From a virus: DNA of 41,763 nucleotides. Under the pieces are notes generated by a model that saw only the letters and a list, made by a program, of their open reading frames with translations, was not told the DNA's origin and did no database searches. Made by a program: the position numbers and the translations under genes. Location: IMG/VR virus record IMGVR_UViG_3300005987_000004, positions 1 to 41,763 of that record; one strand, given 5' to 3'. Shown here one piece after another: positions 1 through 8,100 of the stretch. Within the stretch, counting starts at the first letter, position 1. Every line of letters starts with the position of its first letter.

Positions 1-100
1 CGCAGCAGGTGACTGTCACGAAGTACGTAAAGGCCAACCCGTGACAGCGACAACGACTGACCGACTCACCTGGGAGTCAGCCCTGAGAGGGTACGTCGGC
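1..100. repeat. Left copy of 100-bp terminal duplication
   Basis: Base-for-base identical to 41664-41763 by direct comparison. Confidence 0.95.
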
Positions 101-535
101 ATGTACGAAACCCTCGCCGCCAACGCCTTCGGTGACCTCGACGACCTGAGCGAAGAACTCGGCTACCTCGTTGATGCCGCACGCGTCGCCTACGTCAGCA
201 GCACAGCGTACCCCCGAATCGGATTCATGTTGATCGGCACCAACGCGATCGGCGAACTCAAAGCCACCCAACAGTGGGACCATGATCGGTTTGTGGAACT
301 TATGATCTCCAAACAGCACGACTACGGGCACAAGAACATCACCGCCTTCGGCCTGTTCGGCGTCATCGTCCGACTATCCGACAAGGTCGCACGACTCGCC
401 AACCTGGTCGGCAGCAGCACCCCCGCCCGCAACGAAGCGATCACCGACACCTGGACCGACATCGTCGGCTACTGCATCATCGCCGAAATGCTGTTCGACA
501 ACATGTTCACCCTGCCCCTCGGAGAAACGACATGA
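41..535 (+). CDS. All-alpha helical protein, DUF1599/Nmad1-like (MazG-fold-like) candidate
   Basis: ORF track. The GTG start makes a GTGA overlap with the upstream stop. The block KQHDYGHKNITAFGLFGVIVRLSDKVARL resembles the DUF1599 signature as I recall it; not searched. Confidence 0.55.
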   Translation: MTATTTDRLTWESALRGYVGMYETLAANAFGDLDDLSEELGYLVDAARVAYVSSTAYPRIGFMLIGTNAIGELKATQQWDHDRFVELMISKQHDYGHKNITAFGLFGVIVRLSDKVARLANLVGSSTPARNEAITDTWTDIVGYCIIAEMLFDNMFTLPLGETT

Positions 536-915
536 CTGTCATGAAGGAACTTCACCACTACCAGTTCGCCCTCGCCGCACCCGAAACCGAGTTCTCGCTC
601 CCGTTCGTCAAAGGCATGGCCAACCGCATGGCCGTCAGCTTCCACAAATACGGCTGCCTCGCCAACCCCGAAGCACGCACCATCGACTACCTCGCCTCCC
701 TGCAACAGCGGCTCAACATGTACCAGGAAACAGGGAACACCGAGTACCTGATCGACGCCGCAAACTTCGCCATGATCGAATACATGTACCCCAAGCACGT
801 CACCGCCCACTTCCAACCCACCGACAGCGACGGCTCACCAGGCCGCACCCGCACCGACGGCAGTGTCGACGCTGAACGCAACGCCAAGGTGGTGTCCACT
901 GTTGTTGACCTCTGA
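532..915 (+). CDS. MazG-like nucleotide pyrophosphohydrolase candidate
   Basis: ATGA overlap with the upstream stop and GGAGAA at 521-526. FHKYG and TGNTEYLIDAANFAMIEYM resemble MazG-type helices. Confidence 0.5.
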   Translation: MTVMKELHHYQFALAAPETEFSLPFVKGMANRMAVSFHKYGCLANPEARTIDYLASLQQRLNMYQETGNTEYLIDAANFAMIEYMYPKHVTAHFQPTDSDGSPGRTRTDGSVDAERNAKVVSTVVDL

Positions 916-1093
916 CAGCCTCACCAAACTCAAGCGCTCACTCGAACAGCTTGAGTACGACCTCAAAGAAATGCGTGCCCCGATGAACGTCCGCCACTCC
1001 GTCCGAGACGCCCAACTCGGAATAGAGTACGCGACGGCATGGTGGTGGCGTCAGCCACCACCGAAGACGTCAACCCTCAAGGATGAACGATGA
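863..1093 (+). CDS. Small hypothetical protein (start uncertain: GTG 863, or TTG 902/905)
   Basis: Its stop overlaps the next start (ATGA at 1090). The longest start overlaps the upstream gene by 53 nt; the TTG starts reduce that overlap. Confidence 0.45.
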   Translation: MSTLNATPRWCPLLLTSDSLTKLKRSLEQLEYDLKEMRAPMNVRHSVRDAQLGIEYATAWWWRQPPPKTSTLKDER

Positions 1094-1359
1094 AGTTCAT
1101 CGAGGACGACTGGGCCGACATCCCATTCGACTCCGCAGAAATCGAAGAACTCGAAGCAGCATTCAAACGGGTCCTCAACAACGAAGACGACCCCAACGGC
1201 CCCATCAAACTCGACCTGTCGTTCCCCCGCCCACAAGCCGCCAGCTTCATCGAAACCGTACAACGAGCACCACACCACCCCATGTACGCCAACGAGCTGC
1301 TACGATTCTGCCAATACCTCGCAGGGGTGGTGGAGCAGAAGCTTGGAGGCAACCCGTGA
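1090..1359 (+). CDS. Hypothetical acidic protein
   Basis: ATGA-coupled start and C3-rich codon pattern like its neighbours. Confidence 0.7.
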   Translation: MKFIEDDWADIPFDSAEIEELEAAFKRVLNNEDDPNGPIKLDLSFPRPQAASFIETVQRAPHHPMYANELLRFCQYLAGVVEQKLGGNP

Positions 1360-1487
1360 CCCCCGAAGACGAACAACTATGGGATGAAGCGCTCGAACTG
1401 GCAGAACAGTACGGGCTACCCGAAGACGACGAAACGGCCCCCTTTCGGGGGCCGTTTCTGCATTCTCAGATCAGCTCGCGCCGATGA
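1356..1487 (+). CDS. Possible 43-aa acidic ORF running through the terminator hairpin
   Basis: GTGA-coupled start at 1356, but the last 18 codons are the terminator stem-loop itself, so it is doubtful. Confidence 0.3.
   Translation: MTPEDEQLWDEALELAEQYGLPEDDETAPFRGPFLHSQISSRR
1431..1458. terminator. Bidirectional intrinsic terminator between the convergent early and late arms
   Basis: GAAACGGCCCCC-TTTC-GGGGGCCGTTTC, a 12-bp GC-rich stem with T-rich flanks on both strands. The same core occurs at 16310-16337. Confidence 0.8.
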
Positions 1488-2106
1488 ACGCCAGAATGCT
1501 CTCCACCCGAGGCGACCGCGCGTTACCCAACACGTAACGAATGTGATGCGCCTCATAGCCAGGCCGACCAGGCTTCGCACCCTCATGCGACCAACCGAAC
1601 GACTCGTAGTTGCGGAGAATCCACTCCCAACCCTTCGCGTACCGCTTGTCGGTCACACCATCAATGTCAGCCAAACCAGGCTCATTCCAACCCTGGAACC
1701 AACCCAAGTCCACCGCGATCGCAAGACCGTGATTCGACGTGCCAGGCACCGCCACAGGCATCTGCCCCTTGCGCAGATAGTACTTGACACCATTCCAAGT
1801 GCGAGTCGAATGAGTGACGTTGATCTTAGGGTCGTACGTCGGGGTGTACCGCTCGTTGAACACCTGGACCTGACGGAGGTACGAACGGTTCGCACCAGTG
1901 CCCGACAGATCGAACCCTGTTTCCTGCTTGCAGATGATCTGCATCCACTGGAACGACTCGGCCGCAGTCGGGAACAGGTCAAGGTTCCCCACACCAGGGA
2001 AATACACGGCACGCAGGTCGCAAGGACCAAGCTTGCCGTTGACAAGGGCGTCACCGTTCCAAGAACGGGGACGCGTGACAGGTAGGTAGATCGGTGCAAG
2101 AGCCAT
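1471..2106 (-). CDS. Endolysin, peptidase M15 (VanY / L-Ala-D-Glu peptidase-like, LAS metallopeptidase)
   Basis: SNHGLAIAVDL (the SxHxxGxAxD motif) and a downstream EAHH block. Last gene of the late arm. ATG 2106 follows the GTAACG-N16 motif; a TTG alternative lies at 2112. Confidence 0.85.
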   Translation of the reverse strand: MALAPIYLPVTRPRSWNGDALVNGKLGPCDLRAVYFPGVGNLDLFPTAAESFQWMQIICKQETGFDLSGTGANRSYLRQVQVFNERYTPTYDPKINVTHSTRTWNGVKYYLRKGQMPVAVPGTSNHGLAIAVDLGWFQGWNEPGLADIDGVTDKRYAKGWEWILRNYESFGWSHEGAKPGRPGYEAHHIRYVLGNARSPRVESILAFIGAS

Positions 2107-2128
2107 CACCAAAAGCGGTGATCGTTAC
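2104..2128 (-). promoter_or_regulatory. Late-strand start-associated motif GTAACG-N16-ATG (endolysin)
   Basis: Minus strand reads GTAACGATCACCGCTTTTGGTGATG. The TAA within it is the giant-ORF stop. Confidence 0.8.
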
Positions 2129-5100
2129 GGCTGGAACCCCAAACGAGACGACGACAAAGCCAGCTCCTCCATCTCACGTTTCCGACGGGCCAACTCCGAC
2201 GCCTTCATCGAAGGCGTGACCCTCGTCACGGGAACACCCAGGATGCCGAGCGCCGAGTTCGACTGACGGTCCACACCCACCGCCGACGACGGCATCAGGC
2301 GTTCAGCCTGGGCCAACGGCGGCAACATGTTCTTCAACACATGGTTGACCCGCGGGTCCACCACAACCTGACCCTCAGCGTTCCGCTCACCCAAACCCAA
2401 CATCTCAGCCAACGAACCCAACGGACCCGACAACGGGCCAGCAGCAATGCTCTGAGGGTTCTCCGAGAACGGCACATCGTTGTACAACTGGCGGGAACCC
2501 AACACCTCCACAGGCACTCGCATCGCAGGGTTCACATACGACAACAAGCGAGGCAGATCGCCAACCTCGGCAAGCTGCTCACCCAAACGGGTGAAGCCAA
2601 GGTCGGGGCGCAGGTACAAGTCCTCACCGATCTTCACGCCACCCTGCTCATCCAACCACGACGGCATGATGTCGTTGTCGTCACCAGGCTCAGCGATATT
2701 CCGCATCAACGAGTTGTACCCCGCGTACGCCTTCGGATTCGCCCACTGATTCATGATCTGCATCGGCAAGTTCCGAGACATCCAAATCCAGAACGGCACC
2801 ACCGCACGCATGTTCTGGTCAGCCACCGACAGGTCGCGGTAATCGAACAGGAACTGCTTCACCCGTGCAGCAGCCTCGTTGATGTCAGGGGCCTGACCGT
2901 TCTTCACCGCCGACACCGCAGTGTCGTACGCCAGCATGAACCGTGAAGCCGACTCGTACGAATCGCCCACCTTCTGCGAAGCACGCAACACCTTGTTATC
3001 CAACACCTTGCCCTTGCCGACACGCAGCAGATCAGCCACCTGATCTGACGTGTGCCCGCCACCAGCAGCGAACATCGTCCGAGCAGCAACCTCAGCCACC
3101 GCACGATCAGCCTCAGGCAGCGTCGCCAGCCAGGTGTCGACGCCCTTGCCGTCCCTGATCGACTGGCGCAGGCCCTTCCACAGGCCGAACCCCTGCGTTA
3201 GCGCACGGGGGTCGGCCCCCGAAGCAACCAACACAAAGCTGTTCGACATGATGTTTCGCACATGGAAACCAGGGGACAGCGTTGCGTACGACTTGAAGAA
3301 CCTGGTGTAGGTGCCGAACAGGCGGTTCACTTCGCGGGCAAACCCAGGCTGCTCGATGCGTTGCATCGACACCAGCATGTCAGCGATCTGCCGTGGGGCC
3401 TGCAACCCTGGCAGCCCAGCCGCGTCCATTGTCTTCCACCCGTCGCGGGCCTTGGCGAACTCGACCTCCCACTTCACCGTGCCACGCTCAAGGTCGTTCA
3501 GGAACGACTGCGCCTGGGCCAGCTTCTGCCCCGAGATCAACCAATCGGCCTCCAAGTCGATAGCGTTCGCAACAACCTTCGAGATCGGGTCCTCAGGATT
3601 TGAAACGACCATTTCAAGTTCCTGACGTGCCGACTGTAACCAGTCGATCGAATCAGCGGACGCCTTCGCAGGTGCGTCCGTCAATGCCTTCTCCACGACA
3701 CCCAGTCGCTCCTGCAAACGAGGAACCGTGGTTTGCATCAGCTCATTCATCTCGTCGACGACCGCACGGGCCGTGTCGTACTTGTGGCCGACAACAGCCA
3801 ACGTCTTCTCGGTCTGCTCGATCACAGCCGAAGCCGCTTCCCGTTCACCGCGAGCGGCAACAATCGCCCCCTCACGGGCTGTGTCAACCTTCTCGTTGAA
3901 CGAGTTCATCAGCTGATAAGCGCGCTCGCGCTTCTCGGCCAGAGGGATGGCCAGCTCCTGTGGGCGCACCGCCAGCTGCATCTCAGCGATCTGCGCTTCA
4001 CGTTGTGCGGCCACCGACCGCATCGTGTCCGTGTGCTGGCGGACAGCAACAGTGTTCCCAGCCCAACCACGCCAGGCGTTCACCGTCACCGACTGTTCAA
4101 GCTCGTCGATTTCGTCCAGCAGCTTGCGGGATGGGGTACTCGCATGTGCGGCCGTCTGGCCGTCCATGCGGGACCGCACCAGGGTCGGCGAATCCGCCAG
4201 AAACGACGACACAACAGGTTCCGAGAACCTGCGCTCAGGCATGCCGCCAACAACAGGGTTCAGCGACATCTGGTGTCGCAGCGTGTCAACCCTGCGCTGC
4301 AGCTCAGCAATCTTCGCCTTACGCACCTCAGCGCCGACAGACTCGATGCGGTCTGCGGGCCGATTGGCCTGGACCTGAGCCAGGTCTTGCTCGGCTTGGC
4401 GGATACGCCAACGCTGCTGCGTCAACGCATCCTCGACAACCCTGATCTCGTCCCTGATCTGCTCGGGAGAACGCTGAGGCATCCGAGCCTGACCGCTGAG
4501 TTCTTTCAGCTCGTCGCGAAGCTGGGCCTGTCGGCCCATCGCCGTCGCACGCTCCCGCGAATCCTCCAACGCCACTTCAACGGATTGCTTCCTCGTCGGC
4601 ACTGGCTGTGCCAGCCGCTTCTCGATCGCATCAAGTTCCTCGTACAGCTTCGCCTGGCGCTCGTTACGGGCCGTGTACCGCGGGTCGCCATGACGGGAGC
4701 GAACCGACTTCAAGTCCGTACGCAACACCCGCAGCCGCTCCGTTGAGGCGTCAACCAACGCCTTTGCCTCACGAACAGCACCCTCCGCAGCCGCCACCCT
4801 GTCGGTGGCGGTCTGCGACGGAACGATCATCGAGTTCATGTCATTGACCGCCCTGGAAAGCTGCATCTCCGCTTCTTCCAGTGCCACCCCCAGGCCCGAA
4901 AGGTCAGCGGGCGTCCCTGGCACGCCAGGCTCAACGACTTCCTTTCGCATCGGAACACCGAGCCGCAGCCACGACTCATCCCCATCGACAAGGATGCGAA
5001 CCTTCGACAAGGCAGCAGCCTGCGTCTGTGGCAACGAAGCCTCGGCTGCGTTCCGCAGATCACGCAACTCTTCGGACATCGCCCGAATGTTCTGCTCCAA

Positions 5101-8100
5101 CTCCTGCTTCTGCGGGAACAGATATGGGCGAATCTCACCGTTCCGCTTGTAGTTCGGAGACGCCAGCAGACCCTCAAGGTTCTTGCGGGCCTGACCCAAC
5201 TCGTTACTGATCGACCCCATGCGGGACCGAACCTGCTTCGCCTGCTCCGCAGTCATCGGAGCCTGGAACAACGAATCAGCCTCCACCTTCGAGAACACCA
5301 ACGGGACGCCCTGGGCGTCGACAACCTGGGTGCCGTTAGGGAGGAAGAACCCAGGTTGACCGTCGGCGGACTGCGCCCGCCACAGATCAAACCTCGCCAA
5401 ATCCATGATGCCCTCATGCAACTCCTGGTCACCCAACGCGATGTCGTAGTCAACCGAGTTCTTCCGACGGCGCAAACGGTCCATGTCCTTGCGGGCGGCA
5501 GCAACGAAACTGGCGTCAGTGCCCGCAGGCACTTGCGGTGCACGCGGGCCACGCAGCGCCATCGCATCAATGTCATCAGCGGCACGCTTCAACGCGCCCG
5601 CATAGAACGACCCGACCGTCGACCCCTGCAACAGGGCGTCGACGTCAACATTCGGGTCCAACAGGCCGTGGAACAAACGCTGCTGTGCTTCGGTGCGACG
5701 GAACTCTTCGAGCAGTGTGCCAGACACCGCCTGACGCCAATCCGACGTGTCCTTCACGGTCTGCCCGACCGAACGGGCGCTGATGCGCTTCGACCGATTG
5801 AACCCACCGATCATCTCCGTCAGGAACGCCTGGACATCGTCTGCTGTGGCGCTCGCAGCGAACGGCGAGCGACCAGACGCCTTCGCCTCACGCAACCGCG
5901 CCTTCGCAGCGTCCACGCCCTGCCACCTGCCGAAGAGAGATTCGTACCACGGCTTCACCACATCGTTGCGGTAAGCGGTGTGCTTCATCTTCTTCAACAT
6001 CACCTTCGGGTCCTCGGCCGCAGCAAGGGCAGGCCCGACGTGCTGGCGAAGCGCCTCGCCGCCAGGACGGGAGAACGCTTCGTCGAACATGCGGCGCAGC
6101 TCTGCCGCCGAAGCACCAGGACGAGACGACAAGTTCGGTGCGCGACGAGTCCACTCGTCAGCGATGTCCGTCAACGCCCCCTGCGACGTGAGCAGCTGCT
6201 TCATGCGCGCATCCCAATGCCCAGCCCATCGCTTTGCTGACGCCTGCACCGTAGAACGCAGCATCGCCTCCGACGGAACCAGACCAGACCACGCCATCAT
6301 GCGGGCAGCAAGGTTGAAACGATGCTGCGTGTCCGAGATCACATAGTAGTGCTGCAACGCGTCAGCAAGCTCAGCCTTCGCCTTCGCAGGAGAGCCGTAC
6401 TGCTTCCAACGCTTCGCATCCTCGGGAGAGAACGTGAACTTGTTCTGCATCAGTTCGAGCAGATCGTCGGCACGGGAACCGTACCGCTCCACCACCTCAT
6501 TGCCCGCCTTGTTGACAACAGTGCGCTCCTTGAAGAAGAAGTCGCCAAGCTTGAACGTGCGCGTCGAGTTGCCCTGACCGAGCGTGTACTCCTTCTTTGC
6601 GAACTCGTTGATCGTGCCTCGCAGGTTGTTCAACACCGTGTTGTCCAGCTGTTGACCGTTGAACTCGCCAAGCCGCAATGCTTGGCGGGCCAGTCGGAAC
6701 GTCACCACGTCCTCCTGGGCGGTCTTGATGAGTTCTTCCAACTCGCCAACATCAACATTCAGTTGAACGGACTTGCGCTGAATCTGACGCAACTCACGCG
6801 TCTCCACCGCCCCCAGGCGACGGGCCAGGTCGTCAGCATCGGCGGCCTTGTCCAGCTGTTCGAGCAGCCCTTCCATCGCCTGCGCCAACGGCGACTGCGG
6901 ATTGATGCCACCGTAGAACTTCTCGTCACGCGCCAACACCCAGGCCGCCGCAGAACGCAGATCGGCCAACGACACAGCAGACGACGAAGAACGCACCAGC
7001 GTTCGCTCGACGGACGCACGATTCAACCCAGCAACATTCGAGGGGACAATCGGGGCGGTCGAACGGCCAGCCACACGCTTCCACCAAGAAGCCTTCGGCA
7101 TCTCATTCTTCACCCACTTCTGCATCTCGCCAGCGGTCGCAGCAGCCTTGCCAGCGCGGGAAGCGAACCCCCTGTCGGTGGGCACCAACCCCAGCGCCAT
7201 CGCCACGTCATCGACCGCCTTGTCGCCGCTACGGGTGCCAGCAGACACCCGCTCCCAGTTCGCTGCGATCACTTCGTTGAACTCAACCATTCGAGCCTGC
7301 TGGCGGCCCAGCTCCGTGATCTCCTCACCAACCTTGTCCAGCTGACGCTTTAACTCCTTCACCGACACACCAGGCGTGTCACCCAACAGGGCACCCACAT
7401 CGTCAAACAGGCCATCAAGCAGACGCTGGGCACGCAACGCCCCAGCAGCAGACGCCTCAGCAACCTCAGGCACAGCACCATCGAACAAGCGGTGCAACTC
7501 ATCGTACGACGCCTGCAACTTCACCGAAGCCGAACCCAACGCCTTCTGCAACCCATCAACCTCAGGGCGCAAATTCGACGCAATTGTCGCTGCATCAAAC
7601 CGCTGATTCTCGATCGCCTTCAACCGCTGAGCAATCGCCGAACCACTGTTGTCCAGCTCGTCCCGCAGCTTCGCAACCGCAGCAGACGCCTCAGCGTGAG
7701 CGTCGGCGTGCTGCTTCGCAAACGACTTCACCCGACCAACCTGGGCAGCAACAGCGTCCTCATCGAACACCTCGCGGCGAACAAGCTTCGAGTCCAACGT
7801 GTCCATCACACCAACAGCCTTCAACGCACCGTAGCGGGCGGCCAGACCAGCCTGCTCGGCATGCTGCATCGCATACCGTTCCAGAATCGTCACGATGTCC
7901 GTCTCGAAGAAATCGCCACTGAACCCACCAGCGCGGGCCAGCTCATTCAACCGATCGACATACAGGTCTTCCTTCGTCAGCTTCGTGCCGAACCAGTCGA
8001 CCGACTCGCCAGCATTCACCTTCGACGCCAGCGAACGATGGTTGAACACTGACAGAGGGTCCCCATCGTCGAAACCCTTCTTCAACTCACCAAGGTACGG

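Noticed and set aside
1083-1487. 134-aa plus-strand ORF overlapping 1090-1359
   Set aside because: It is an Arg/Pro-rich alternative frame of a better ORF. Only its last 43 codons (GTG 1356 onward) are kept, as a low-confidence ORF.
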